Shown: piece after piece, positions 7,611 to 17,621 of the stretch
Numbering within the stretch: the stretch's first letter is position 1
Layout of the letters: every line of letters begins with the position of its first letter
Origin: a virus
Taxonomy: Duplodnaviria; Caudoviricetes
Reading direction: 5' to 3' (one strand)
Length of the DNA: 38,624 nt
Virus record (IMG/VR): IMGVR_UViG_3300028586_000046
Coordinates: 1-38,624 of that record
Notes under the pieces: generated by a model
Databases searched by the model: none
What the model saw: the letters and a program-made list of their open reading frames with translations, nothing else
What the model was told of the DNA's origin: nothing
Made by a program: the position numbers and the translations under genes

Positions 7611-10600
7611 CTACTTCGGCCGGATTTCCGAACGGCTCTGCACTTGCTTGATTTTCTCCTGGGCCTTGGCCAGGCCCAGCAGGTCGAGCACCACGTTGAG
7701 CTGGGTGGGCCACTCCTCTACCCTAGCCAGGCGCTGGTCGAGTGAGGCCAGCACCTGCACGAGCTGCGACTGCTCGGCCTGGTCGGTGGGTAGCGAAGTG
7801 ACGGCTGAGCGACTTTCGCCGGCTGTGGTGGGGCCGCCCTCGTAGAAGCCGCGCTGCCGGCGGGCCTCCAGCCAGCTCTCGACTTGCAGCACCTCGGGGT
7901 CCTGGCGCATCCACTCGGGAATGACGTACTCGTTCTTGTGCACAATGCCGGCGACCTCCAGGCCCTGGGCGTCGACCAGCTTGCCGTTGCTGGCTACACC
8001 CATGCCGGTGGCCGCACGCATGGCCGTACCCCACTGGCCCAGGCCAGCCGTGCTCACCCGGGCGCCCTCTCCGGTGGCCCCACCCTTGGCGTAGCCCACG
8101 ACGTTGGCCACTGCCATGCCCGCGCGCACAGTGGCCAGCGTGCTCAGCCCGATGCCGTAAACAGGCCCAGCAATCGGGCCCATCGTGGCCGCCGTTTTCC
8201 AGTAGTTCTGAATTTCGTCGTAGAGGTTGATGCCGATGTTGGCTACGGCATCGGCCTTGCGGGCGATTTTGAAGGCCTTATATAATAAGGTCTGCTTGCC
8301 TAGGCTATCCTCCAACGCCTGCACGTTATCGTCGTTGAGCACCTTCTCCACGCCCGCCAGCCCTTTTTTAAACCGGGCAACGTCATTGTCAAGGGCTTTG
8401 GCCTTAGTGGTGTGGGCGGCCTGCTCCTTGAGTTTTTCGGCCAGCAGCTTCTTATACTCGGCCGACTCCTCCCCGCTTTTCTGCTTGACGAGCGCCAATT
8501 CGCGGTCCATGGCCGCCTGCTTGCTCAGGTATGCCCATTCGTCGTGCTCCTGCTGGGTTAGCTTCTGGCCAGCCAGCTGCAGGTCCAGCTGCGCTAGCTC
8601 CACCTGCTCGTCAGCTTGGGCGGAGGCGATTTTCTTATCCAGCTCCGCCTGACGCGTCTTTTCGTCTTCCTCGGCCGACTTCGCCTTCAACTCGCGCAGG
8701 CGCAGGTCGCGGGCCTCCATGATGGCGGCTATCTGCTCGGTATAGTCCACTTCCAGGCCGGTCAGCTTCTTGACCTGGGCCTCGGCTTCGGCCAAGATGG
8801 TATCCTGCTGCTGCTGGCGGCGCATTCCTTGGTCAGTGAGGGCCACCTGGTCGCGTTGGCGGGCCAGGGCGTTGCGGGCATCGAGTAGCGCGCCCTCCTC
8901 GGATAGCCACTGCTTGAGGCCACTCAAGTGCTCCTGGTCAGCTTTGTCGCGGGCGGCCTTGCGCTCCTTGTAGGCCTTGTCGCGGGCCTTTTGGGCATCC
9001 TTGGCCGCTTTTTCGCGGGCCGCGTCGCTCTGGCCGTCGCCGCCCTGGGCACGCTGCTGCTGCGCGGTCTCGGCCTGCTCGGGGGCGGCCAGCTTGGCGG
9101 CGGCCTTCTTGGCCACGGCCGCCTCGAAGGCCAGGCGGTAGGCATCGCCCACCTTGGTGCCCAGGTTCGCAAACTCACTGCCGGCGCCGCTGAAGTCGCC
9201 GTCCTTCACCTTCCGCCAGGCCCGGCCTACGCTACCGAACGAGGTTTCAGCGGCGGCCGAGAAGGCCGCGAAGTAGGCCGGGGCGTTGCTGAGCAGGCTA
9301 AATAGGTCGCGCACGGGCCGGGTCAGCTCCTGCAGGAAAGCCTTGGCCACGTCGCTCGTCTTGGCCCACTCCACGGTGGCCTTCACTACCTCCGAAATTA
9401 CCCCCAGCAAGATGCGGGTGTTGGTGAACATAAAGTGGATGATGCTACCCAGGGCCTCCCCGGCCGACTTAGCCGTGAGCGTTTTGGTGCTCACCCAGCC
9501 CATCGCCTCGGCCAACTCGGTAAACGATTTCCAGATTTCCTGCACCGGCTCGAACAACTCCTTAAACGTGGCGCCGAGGCTGGCCAGCATGGTGTAGAGC
9601 ACCGTCATGCTCTTGTTGGCCAGCGTATCGAGCACGGTGCTGCCACCCTCGAACTCTTTGGTGAGGTCGTTCTGCGCCTCAGCCAGCTCGGTTTCGGAGG
9701 CCAGCAGGCGCTCCTGGCGTTGGGTGTAGGCGTTGGTTTTATCGACCAGCTCGTCCACGCCCTTGCCCACGTTTTTGAGCGACTTGAGGTAGTCGATGCC
9801 GGCATCCTCGCCCGGGCCGCCGAACACGTCGGCAATCACGGTTTGCAGCTGGCTGGCCGGAATTTTGGTTTCATCCAGTTCCTTGCCCACGCGCTGCAAG
9901 GCCTGCTCCACCGTGACGGTCCCGTTGTTGATGCCGTCGAAGATTTCCTTGGTGAAGTCCGAGCCAAACGCGGCTTGCAGGGCCTCGGTGGTGGCCTTGG
10001 TCTGCTCCCGAATGCGCAGGCCGAACTCCTTCACCACGTCGGCGCCCTTGTCCGAGAAAATGCCCTGGGTGGCTGACTGCGAAATGTGCCCGATGAAATC
10101 CTGGGCCGCAAAGCCCGCATCCTTGAACTGCGGCGCGTACTCCTTCACCTGGTCGAGGAAGTCGCCGCCGGCATCGGCGCCGGCCAGGAAGCCCTGCTGG
10201 ATTAATCGCATAGCTTCCTGCTGGCTCACCCCCATTTGCTTGCTGAGGGTGTTGCTGGCCTGGAGCACCTCGTTAAAATCCTTATCGAAGGAGCGCGATA
10301 CGGCCAGCACCGACGTGGTGAGCCCGTCCAGCTCGGTGCCAGTGGCCCCCGTCAGGGTGTTAATCTGGCCGCGCAGGGTCGCTACCTCCTTGGTGGTATT
10401 AATGATTTCGGCGCCTAGCTCTTTCACGCCCTCCAGCACCGCCTCGACCCCTACGGTCACGCCTCCAAAAGCCAGCGCCTGCTTAAATACGGAGCTTTCC
10501 TCCTGGGCACTACCCATTTCCTTCTTCACGCCCTCAATACGGTCTTGCAGGGCCTGGTAGTCGGCCACCATCTGCTTGCGGCCCGGGTGGTCGTTCGACA

Positions 10601-10952
10601 AGTCGTCGAGCTGGGCCTCCAGCTTTTTAGCCGCGGCATTCATTTCGTTGAACGAGGCCGACACCTTTTTACCATTCAGGATGACCTGGGCGTTTTCCTG
10701 GTTCAGCCGCTCGGCGGCCGCACGGGCCTCCTCCTCGGTCTGCACGTAGGTCGTCAGGTCGGTATTGGCTTCTTTTACCCGCGCCTTCAGCTCCTGAAAG
10801 TCCTTTTTCAACTGCTCCCGGCGCGGGTCGTCGTCGGCCATTTTGCGGAGCTGGTTGCGCAGCAGCGCCACGGCCGCGTCCATATCCTTGATGCTGGCGT
10901 TGGCCTGCGCGGCATTGAGCCGTATTTCTAACTCTCTCTGTTCGTTATCCAC
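7611..10952 (-). CDS. Tail tape measure protein
   Basis: 1113 aa, Ala/Glu/Lys-rich coiled coil; FLDQVKEY, DKGADVVKEF and FGGPGEDAG minor-tail segments; C-terminal GIVHKNEYVIP. Confidence 0.92.
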   Translation of the reverse strand: MDNEQRELEIRLNAAQANASIKDMDAAVALLRNQLRKMADDDPRREQLKKDFQELKARVKEANTDLTTYVQTEEEARAAAERLNQENAQVILNGKKVSASFNEMNAAAKKLEAQLDDLSNDHPGRKQMVADYQALQDRIEGVKKEMGSAQEESSVFKQALAFGGVTVGVEAVLEGVKELGAEIINTTKEVATLRGQINTLTGATGTELDGLTTSVLAVSRSFDKDFNEVLQASNTLSKQMGVSQQEAMRLIQQGFLAGADAGGDFLDQVKEYAPQFKDAGFAAQDFIGHISQSATQGIFSDKGADVVKEFGLRIREQTKATTEALQAAFGSDFTKEIFDGINNGTVTVEQALQRVGKELDETKIPASQLQTVIADVFGGPGEDAGIDYLKSLKNVGKGVDELVDKTNAYTQRQERLLASETELAEAQNDLTKEFEGGSTVLDTLANKSMTVLYTMLASLGATFKELFEPVQEIWKSFTELAEAMGWVSTKTLTAKSAGEALGSIIHFMFTNTRILLGVISEVVKATVEWAKTSDVAKAFLQELTRPVRDLFSLLSNAPAYFAAFSAAAETSFGSVGRAWRKVKDGDFSGAGSEFANLGTKVGDAYRLAFEAAVAKKAAAKLAAPEQAETAQQQRAQGGDGQSDAAREKAAKDAQKARDKAYKERKAARDKADQEHLSGLKQWLSEEGALLDARNALARQRDQVALTDQGMRRQQQQDTILAEAEAQVKKLTGLEVDYTEQIAAIMEARDLRLRELKAKSAEEDEKTRQAELDKKIASAQADEQVELAQLDLQLAGQKLTQQEHDEWAYLSKQAAMDRELALVKQKSGEESAEYKKLLAEKLKEQAAHTTKAKALDNDVARFKKGLAGVEKVLNDDNVQALEDSLGKQTLLYKAFKIARKADAVANIGINLYDEIQNYWKTAATMGPIAGPVYGIGLSTLATVRAGMAVANVVGYAKGGATGEGARVSTAGLGQWGTAMRAATGMGVASNGKLVDAQGLEVAGIVHKNEYVIPEWMRQDPEVLQVESWLEARRQRGFYEGGPTTAGESRSAVTSLPTDQAEQSQLVQVLASLDQRLARVEEWPTQLNVVLDLLGLAKAQEKIKQVQSRSEIRPK

Positions 10953-10955
10953 GGG

Positions 10956-11396
10956 TTAAAAGCTGATAGTGGTTTGGCCCGCGAGGGCTTCCAGGGTTTT
11001 GGGGACGAGCACCTGGCCGTAGAGGTCAAGCATGAGTTCGGCCAGGCGCTTGGTTTGGTAGGCGATTTCCTTCGAGTACCAGGGGCGGGCCTTGCGCACG
11101 TGGCGCCGCAGCTTGCCCCGAGTGTTGCGCACGCGGTCGTAGCCGTCGTCGCCCTTGCGCACGCCCGCTTTCATGCCCCGGCCCACGCCCATATCGACAA
11201 ACTTGCCATACAGGGCGTAGCTCAGGCGCAGGCGCAGCTGGTCGCCCTGGGCCTCGCCGATGACTTGCTTTTTGAAGCTGGCCAGCAGGGCGCCCGTGTT
11301 CACAATGCGCTGCTCCCGCAGATTGGCCACGAAGCGCTCGACCGTGATATCGAGCCAGCTAACCGCTAGCTCGCGGGGGGTAGTGTCCTGGTTCAT
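10956..11396 (-). CDS. Putative neck/tail-completion protein
   Basis: TGALLASF, YGKFVDMGVGRG and ARPWYSK motifs of the HK97 gp10-like style; adjacent to tape measure. Confidence 0.6.
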   Translation of the reverse strand: MNQDTTPRELAVSWLDITVERFVANLREQRIVNTGALLASFKKQVIGEAQGDQLRLRLSYALYGKFVDMGVGRGMKAGVRKGDDGYDRVRNTRGKLRRHVRKARPWYSKEIAYQTKRLAELMLDLYGQVLVPKTLEALAGQTTISF

Positions 11397-12877
11397 AGAC
11401 GGGTGTAGCGGTAGGTGTAGGCCGCCGTGGCTAGCGGCTGGCCGGTGGTGCTCAGGCTCAGGGAGACTTTCTCCCAGAGGTATTTCTTGCCATCGTCGGC
11501 CAGCTCCTTGCGGGCCGGGTCCAGGGCCAGCAGGTCGGCCAGGCCGAACTGCATGGTGCGCTCCTTACTCGTGGCCCGTGCCAGGAAGGCCAGCCAGCCG
11601 GCGTGCCAGGTGGCGTAGAGGCCGCTGGCCCCATCCCAATGCAGGGTGCTTTCGCCGATGGTGTTGCCGGCGAAGTCGAGCTGGCCCCACGTGGCCATTG
11701 GGTAGGGCTGGCCCTGGTTGTCGAGTTGCAGGCCCCGGTCGAAGAGCAGGCGCAGGCCACAGCGCGAATCGTCGCCGTTGCCGAAGGCCTGGCTGGCGCC
11801 CTTTGCGGCCACGGCCGGCACCAGCCACTGGCGGTCGATATCGAGCGGGTCGGCTTCGCGTACGGTGTGCAGCGTGCCGGCCTTGGTGCTGATGACTTCC
11901 TTGCCGTTACCGATAACCAGCTTTTGCCAGCCCACGTCGAGGGTTTTGTTCAGCTCGTCGTCCGCCTCCAGCTCCATTTCCAGGGTGAAGCCGTCGCTGC
12001 GCACGGCCGTGGTGCGCGCCGGCCCACCGCGCCGGCTCACGGCGGTCGGGTCGGCAATCACGTCGCGCAGGGCGCGGATGCGCAGCTCCCGGCGCACGGG
12101 GTGAAAGTCGTAGGCCAGGCCGAAGAACTTCTGCAAGTCCACGAGCAGGTCGGCCAGGCCCAAGTCGGGCACGTGCCGGTTGAGCTGGAGCTGGGCCGGC
12201 ACCAGGCCGGTGGCCTCCTCGGCCGCGCGGTCGGAATAGATAACGAGTTGCTGCGTCTCGGGCTCGTCGAGCCACGGCCCGCTCAGGCCGTAGCCCAGGG
12301 CGGCCATCACCCGGCGCAGCAGCGGCACCAGGCGCAGGAAGGGCACCACCGGCGAGCGCTTGCCGCCCGGCCGCTGCTGGTAGCCGCCGTTGCGGTAGTA
12401 GTTGAGCACCTGCGAGTAGGCACTCACCTTATCGGCATCGTAGAAGGCGGCGTTCCGGACGCAGGGCAGGGCGTAGTCGTCGGCATCGGGCCGCAGCTCC
12501 AGGGCGACGGTGCCCAGGTCGAGCTGCGGCAGGTTCACGCCATCGATGCGGCTGGCCAGGTCGGCGGCATCGGCCACGAAGTGGTACTCCAGTAGGCCGC
12601 GCTCCTCGTCGCAGTCCAGGTACACGAGCGAGCCCACCCACCGCAAGGCGCCCTCGATGTAAAACGAGCAGGGCAGGTCGGGTACGCGCTCGCCCTGGTC
12701 GGCGCGCAGGTGCGGGAAGTCGAGCCGACGCAGGTTGCCCGGCGACATGGGCAGCCCGAAGGGGTAGGTGGTGGTGCCGGGCACCGTGTCGACCGAAAAA
12801 TATGGGCTGCTGATGTCGAGCGAAATAGTACCGGGGGCCAGGTCCAGCCAGCCGGCAGTGACTTGAAGGCCAATCAT
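11393..12877 (-). CDS. Putative tail/baseplate structural protein (~494 aa)
   Basis: ATG at 12877 (MIGLQV) overlaps the upstream stop; TTYPFGLP motif; tail-module context. Confidence 0.65.
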   Translation of the reverse strand: MIGLQVTAGWLDLAPGTISLDISSPYFSVDTVPGTTTYPFGLPMSPGNLRRLDFPHLRADQGERVPDLPCSFYIEGALRWVGSLVYLDCDEERGLLEYHFVADAADLASRIDGVNLPQLDLGTVALELRPDADDYALPCVRNAAFYDADKVSAYSQVLNYYRNGGYQQRPGGKRSPVVPFLRLVPLLRRVMAALGYGLSGPWLDEPETQQLVIYSDRAAEEATGLVPAQLQLNRHVPDLGLADLLVDLQKFFGLAYDFHPVRRELRIRALRDVIADPTAVSRRGGPARTTAVRSDGFTLEMELEADDELNKTLDVGWQKLVIGNGKEVISTKAGTLHTVREADPLDIDRQWLVPAVAAKGASQAFGNGDDSRCGLRLLFDRGLQLDNQGQPYPMATWGQLDFAGNTIGESTLHWDGASGLYATWHAGWLAFLARATSKERTMQFGLADLLALDPARKELADDGKKYLWEKVSLSLSTTGQPLATAAYTYRYTRL

Positions 12878-14901
12878 AAGGAGGGGGTATAGTTGCGCTC
12901 GGTGGGCATGATGAACTCGAACTCTTGGGTGAGCACGCGCTTGCTTTCGTCGAGTAGGTTGCTGGTTTTGGCCTTGAGGTAGCCCGGCACCCAGCGCTGG
13001 CCAGCCAGCAGTAGCACGCGCTTGCTGAGCAGCAGGTCCTGGCTGGCCAGCAGCTGGGCCTGGGTGCGCTTGCCGGCGGCCACCTTCAGCACGGGGCGCA
13101 GCGCCCGCGCCTGCACGGCCACGTCGCCGGCCAGCGGGTCGTAGCTGGCCGGCAGGCTCAGCACTGATTCCTCGCCCGTGACCTCCACGTCGGTCTGCGC
13201 TTCGCCCAGGGCGGCGTAGGTGGCCATGCCCCCGAGCGAGGTGGCAAACAGGAAGTAGCGCCGGTGGGGGAAGGTGCGCTGGTCCAGCACGTAGCGCCGG
13301 GTTTCGCTCAGCAGCGGCCCGCCCTGGGGCGCGACTACGCACACCTCCCACCACAGCACCGACCGCGAGGCGGTGGCCAGGCTGCCCAGGCCCAGCGCCT
13401 CGTAGCCCACGGCCAGGCAGTACACCTCGAAGTCGCGGGTGGCCAGCTGGCCTGGGTGCTCGTCGCGCTGGTCGGTGCCGTCGCTGAAGGCCACGCGCAC
13501 CTGCACGGCGAAGTCGGTGGCCCCGTCCAGCACCATGTGGTAGAGGTACTCGGGCTGGTCGGGCAGCACGTGCTTTTTGGCCGGCTCCCAGGTCAGGAAG
13601 GGCCGCTGGGCCAGCTGATAGGCAAACCAGGTGCGGGCCTGCGACTCGTAGAAGTTGAGCCCGCCGAGCACCACGTAGCCCGGGTCGAGGTTGGTGCCGG
13701 GCGCAGCCACCGGCGTGCCGGTGCCGAACTGTTCGGCGTGCTGCAGGAAGAAGCGCCGGAACAAGGGCCGGGCCAGCTCGGCCCCCACGAAGCTGGGCGC
13801 GGGCACGTGGGGCTCCAGGTAAGCGGCCAGTAGCGTCTGCACCTCGAAGGTGGTACGCCCGCCGGCATCGGCCGGCTGCTCCAGCGTCACGCCCACTTGC
13901 TCGTAGTTGCCGCTGAGGTACTCTTTCTCCAGCCACACCTGGCACAAAAACGAGAGGTTGGGCTTGCTGGTGGGGTCGAGGCGGTAGGCATCGCCCGCGT
14001 CGAGGCTGAGCGTGATGGGGTTGCCGCTCCAGTAATACTGATAGGCGGCCAGGCGCACTACCACGTCGCGGGTGGCCCCGCGCGCGTCGGTCACGGTACA
14101 CTTGTACTCGCCTGGCACCAGGCCCGTGCGCGTGGCCAGGGTCGAGCCGTCGTCCCACAAAAATGTGTAGCCGGGCAGGCCCCCGCTGGGTACGAGCGTG
14201 ATGGTGGTGGCCGTGCTCAGCACCTGCACCAGCAGCTGCGGGTCGGACTTGACCACCACCGTCAGCGTAAGCGAGGCCCCGGCCGCATCGGTGACGGTGA
14301 CCTCGTAGGTGCCGGCCCGCACATTCTGGCGGAGGCCGGTAGTCACGCGGGAGTCGTCGGCCCACACGTAGGTGAAGGGAAACCTGTTCCAGGACGTCAC
14401 ATCCACCTGCATCACGCCGGTGGCCGAGCCGAAAATGGTGGCGTCCTGCACGTAGGCTTTGGCCACCAAGGGCCGCACCGTGCGCTGATTGACCACCGAC
14501 CAGCCCGACGTAGTGCCGGAAGCGAAGTCCAGGTCGAGGCGGGCATCGTAGTCCAAGGCCGTGATATCGAACTCGGCCCGCATCACGCCGGTGCTACTGT
14601 TGCGGCCCACCTCGCGCACCTCGCTCACCACGTAGGGCAGGCTGCCGGCGGTCAGCACTTCGCGCAGGGCCAGCACCAGGTTGGCCGTGCCCGTCCGGAT
14701 GAAGTTGGCGTCGGTGTTGGGGAAGGGTACGTTGAAGCCCTTGCCCGCCGTGGGGTCCCAGCCGTCGTTGCCAAAGGTTACCCACTGCCCATTAAGCAGA
14801 AAGCGGATTTCCTTGGTTTGGAACAGCCAACTGCTGGTGCTGAAAGAAACCGGGTTCCAGTCGGCCCGCAGGGTGAGTTTAGCTAAGCGTTCGCCGGCCA
14901 T
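12874..14901 (-). CDS. Tail protein with SprB-like repeats
   Basis: PFTYVW...AGTYEVTVTDAAG and SGGLPGYTFLWDDG...GLVPGEYKCTVTDARG. Confidence 0.75.
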   Translation of the reverse strand: MAGERLAKLTLRADWNPVSFSTSSWLFQTKEIRFLLNGQWVTFGNDGWDPTAGKGFNVPFPNTDANFIRTGTANLVLALREVLTAGSLPYVVSEVREVGRNSSTGVMRAEFDITALDYDARLDLDFASGTTSGWSVVNQRTVRPLVAKAYVQDATIFGSATGVMQVDVTSWNRFPFTYVWADDSRVTTGLRQNVRAGTYEVTVTDAAGASLTLTVVVKSDPQLLVQVLSTATTITLVPSGGLPGYTFLWDDGSTLATRTGLVPGEYKCTVTDARGATRDVVVRLAAYQYYWSGNPITLSLDAGDAYRLDPTSKPNLSFLCQVWLEKEYLSGNYEQVGVTLEQPADAGGRTTFEVQTLLAAYLEPHVPAPSFVGAELARPLFRRFFLQHAEQFGTGTPVAAPGTNLDPGYVVLGGLNFYESQARTWFAYQLAQRPFLTWEPAKKHVLPDQPEYLYHMVLDGATDFAVQVRVAFSDGTDQRDEHPGQLATRDFEVYCLAVGYEALGLGSLATASRSVLWWEVCVVAPQGGPLLSETRRYVLDQRTFPHRRYFLFATSLGGMATYAALGEAQTDVEVTGEESVLSLPASYDPLAGDVAVQARALRPVLKVAAGKRTQAQLLASQDLLLSKRVLLLAGQRWVPGYLKAKTSNLLDESKRVLTQEFEFIMPTERNYTPSL

Positions 14902-14903
14902 TG

Positions 14904-15437
14904 TTAAGGTTTGAAAGCCGCCGGATTGAAGCGCAGGGCGCTTGTGGCGGGGGTGAAGAATTCAAAATCGAAGCGGGTGCCGTACCACGAGCCGTCGTGC
15001 AGCGGCCCCACGGCGTCGGCCTGGATGCTGCCCACGGGCCAGCGCACCTTCGCCTGGCCTTCGTACTCGTGGAGCACCTTGCCCAGCAGCTCCTCGCCGG
15101 TTTGCTCGGTCAGGTCGAGCGTTTCCCACACCTTGTCCTTATCAAGCACTTGCTGCAGCACGAAAAAGGCGCCCCGGCGCTGATGCTGGTAGTTGTCGCC
15201 TTTGTTGTCCTGGTAGCTCGTTTGCAGGCTTTCCAGCACCAACACTTGCTCCCCGGCGTCGGGCTTGAGGAAGTCGCCTAGCAGGGTTTCCTGCATCTCG
15301 GCCAGGTCCACCTGGCGCTGCAAGGGGTCCACGCTCACGATGATGCGGGCAAAGCGGGGCGAGTCGTCGCGGTGAGCAATGAGCAGGTGCTCACTGGCCA
15401 GCCGGCGGAAGAGGGCTTCGTATTGGCCGTTACGCAT
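14904..15437 (-). CDS. Phage protein, possible tail terminator
   Basis: Tightly packed in the operon; ends in VGPL...YGTRFDFEF. Confidence 0.6.
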   Translation of the reverse strand: MRNGQYEALFRRLASEHLLIAHRDDSPRFARIIVSVDPLQRQVDLAEMQETLLGDFLKPDAGEQVLVLESLQTSYQDNKGDNYQHQRRGAFFVLQQVLDKDKVWETLDLTEQTGEELLGKVLHEYEGQAKVRWPVGSIQADAVGPLHDGSWYGTRFDFEFFTPATSALRFNPAAFKP

Positions 15438-16242
15438 GGGTTTGGGGAGTTTTAGGTTTAGCGGCTAGCTCCTGCATTTCGGCCAGCACCAGGCGCAGGG
15501 GTTGGTTGCCAGTTTGGGCCACGGTGCCGAAGGCGCCGCCCGAGAGCTTGCGCAGCACGCGGCTCCAGTCGGGGGCCTGGCCACTGCTGGCCGGCGCATC
15601 CTCGTCGGCCGCCACGAACACGTCGGGAAATTCCTGGGCCAGCTCCGCGCGGCAGGCTCGGTACCACGTGGCGACAGCCAGCTTCTCCAGGGCGGCCACG
15701 TGGGCCACGCGCGGGGTGCGGGCTTCGAGCTGGTGCTCGTTGAAAGCCGCGCGCACGTCGCCGTTCCAGTCGGCGTCCTCGGGGCTGGCCCCGCGCCGGG
15801 CGGGGCGGTAGAGCACCGTCAGGAAACTATCAAGGTGCTCGGCCTTGGTAGTCAGGGCGTAGAGCACGAAGAAGGTGTCGGCGAAGATGAACTCGCCGAA
15901 CGTGAGGTTTTGCAGGTGCCCCCGGGGGCCGTGCCAGGTGGTGGGCCGCTCGGTGAAATGCCGGCCGGGGATACCCAGGGTGGGCAGTAGCTGCTCGGTG
16001 AGCAGGTGCTGCTCACTATTGAGCCAGTCGGTAAGGGGCAGTAGCTGGGCCAGCACCACGTCGGGCTGGGTGGCCAGCAGGGGTAGCGGGAAGCCCGTAA
16101 GCAGTTGGAGCAGCCGCAGCCGGCGGCCCCGGCGCGGGGTGGCGTAGAGTTCGGCCAGGATGTCGAGCAGTTGCCGGCGGCGCAGCTCGTTCCAGGTCGA
16201 GGGTACCTGCTTGGTGATTTTGCCGATTTGTAGCGTTTCCAT
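15430..16242 (-). CDS. Phage tail-module protein of unknown function
   Basis: VPSTWNEL and LTFGEFIFAD segments; first gene after a late-type promoter. Confidence 0.7.
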   Translation of the reverse strand: METLQIGKITKQVPSTWNELRRRQLLDILAELYATPRRGRRLRLLQLLTGFPLPLLATQPDVVLAQLLPLTDWLNSEQHLLTEQLLPTLGIPGRHFTERPTTWHGPRGHLQNLTFGEFIFADTFFVLYALTTKAEHLDSFLTVLYRPARRGASPEDADWNGDVRAAFNEHQLEARTPRVAHVAALEKLAVATWYRACRAELAQEFPDVFVAADEDAPASSGQAPDWSRVLRKLSGGAFGTVAQTGNQPLRLVLAEMQELAAKPKTPQTHA

Positions 16243-16246
16243 GCCC

Positions 16247-16307
16247 CGAAATTGCCGGGGGCTGCCTCGGTAGAAAAGGACACAAAAAAGCCCCAGCCAA
16301 TGGGGCT
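16247..16307 (-). promoter_or_regulatory. Terminator followed by putative late promoter GTCCT-N22-CAATTTCG
   Basis: AGCCCC/GGGGCT-T6 hairpin, then the motif; ATG 4 nt downstream of the -7-like box. Confidence 0.7.
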
Positions 16308-16332
16308 AGGGCGAAGCTAGAAAGCAGTAGAA

Positions 16333-16668
16333 CTAAAGATTTTGGGCAAACCAGAACAGCGGAATAAGCCCGAGCACTATACCGAGTGCCCGCCAGTAGC
16401 GCCCCTTGGCAGCAAAGCCAATGGCTAGCAGCACGCCCAGTACGCCCCCTACTAGTAGAACAAGCGTAGCGGCTTCCAGCGAAGGATTTCTCGTGCGCCT
16501 GGCCTCCGTCACCACTACCGACACAAAGGCTATTACTACTAACACGAGGTCGTAGCAAAAGGCTAGCGCTACCGCCGTTGTTACTTCTCGCAACGCAATC
16601 GCCACCTCTGCGGCAACTTGCTGCCAGCGCGGGGATGGCTTTTGCGGCAGCGGGTCAGGTGATAGCAT
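16333..16668 (-). CDS. Small membrane protein (moron)
   Basis: Three hydrophobic segments, lower GC than flanks. Confidence 0.55.
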   Translation of the reverse strand: MLSPDPLPQKPSPRWQQVAAEVAIALREVTTAVALAFCYDLVLVVIAFVSVVVTEARRTRNPSLEAATLVLLVGGVLGVLLAIGFAAKGRYWRALGIVLGLIPLFWFAQNL

Positions 16669-16696
16669 AGAAGGCTGCGTAATAGGTAAGGGGCAT

Positions 16697-16963
16697 TTAC
16701 AAGTCCGGGCTCAATTCGCGCACCCGGTCTTCCAGAGCCGCGATAATCTCCACGAGCTGGTACTCGAATTTAGCGGGCGGCAGCAGCGGCTGCAGGTTGT
16801 AGCGCTGCAAAATCTCGAACATGGCCACGTCGTCGATGGCCTTAGGTTCCACCAGCGGCGGCGGCAGTTGCCGGCCGTGGGACTGCTCGGCGCCTGGCTC
16901 CAGGCCGGCCTTGTCGGGCATCGGTGTGCGGCCGAAGCCACTAGTTTTCTGTGTCTTGGCCAT
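16697..16963 (-). CDS. Hypothetical protein, 88 aa
   Basis: ATG at 16963 (MAKTQK) downstream of a structured leader. Confidence 0.55.
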   Translation of the reverse strand: MAKTQKTSGFGRTPMPDKAGLEPGAEQSHGRQLPPPLVEPKAIDDVAMFEILQRYNLQPLLPPAKFEYQLVEIIAALEDRVRELSPDL

Positions 16964-16990
16964 AAAGTCGAGCAAGCTGGGGAAATCGCT

Positions 16991-17101
16991 GCTGATACTT
17001 GTGGGCCGTTCGCCCTAGCATGAAGGTCACACTCCTCCTCTACTCCCCAGCCGTTTTTCGACGGCCGGGGCGAACGGGGGTATTTTTCCACAAGTATCAG
17101 C
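16991..17101 (-). ncRNA. Candidate structured RNA or leader
   Basis: Nested 14-bp and 10-bp perfect stems plus an inner 10-bp hairpin with one G-U; TATCTTCG -7-like box just upstream. Confidence 0.55.
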
Positions 17102-17128
17102 GCCGCGAAGATAAGGCGGGCCCCTGGG

Positions 17129-17166
17129 CAAAAAACCCACCTGCACTCGGTGCAGGCGGGTCTTTT
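17129..17166 (-). terminator. Intrinsic terminator of the lysis cassette
   Basis: ACCCGCCTGCAC-CGA-GTGCAGGTGGGT-TTTTT. Confidence 0.8.
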
Positions 17167-17168
17167 AC

Positions 17169-17621
17169 TCAAAATAGGATGGCTAACCGTTTGCGATAGT
17201 GGTAGGCGCAGGCGGCCAGCACTAGCACCACCACGAGTAGCGCACCGCCTGCTAGCAGCCACGCCGGTAGGCCCGTACGGGTAGTGGCTCCGGCCGAGGC
17301 GCCGGGCGCCGTAGCCACTGCCCCACCCTGCTGTCCGGCCTTGGTAAAGTCCTGGGCCTGGCTCGTGCCGCTGGCCACCGGTGCGTGGGCCTTAGCCACG
17401 AACGTGCCCCCGCCCTGGGCGCGGTGGTCGCTGCGGTCCTTGTAGGAGCCGGCGTAGTAGTTCTTCGAGTAGATAACCGTGGGGCCCGCGCTGGCTGAGG
17501 TGTCGGCCGCGATTACCAGGGGCGGGTGCCAGGCCGTGGCCTGGTCGAGCAGGGCGCAGCTCGTGAGCTGGCTGAGGGTGGCCAGCAGCAGCAGGCCGAG
17601 AAGGCGGGGTAGCAGGGTCAT
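17169..17621 (-). CDS. Putative unimolecular spanin
   Basis: N-terminal lipoprotein signal (LTSC) plus C-terminal TM helix and basic tail, downstream of the endolysin. Confidence 0.6.
   Translation of the reverse strand: MTLLPRLLGLLLLATLSQLTSCALLDQATAWHPPLVIAADTSASAGPTVIYSKNYYAGSYKDRSDHRAQGGGTFVAKAHAPVASGTSQAQDFTKAGQQGGAVATAPGASAGATTRTGLPAWLLAGGALLVVVLVLAACAYHYRKRLAILF

Noticed and set aside
12878-14365. N-terminal extension of the 990-aa ORF
   Set aside because: Arg/Pro/Gly-rich shadow frame overlapping the SprB-repeat gene; the plausible start is 12877.
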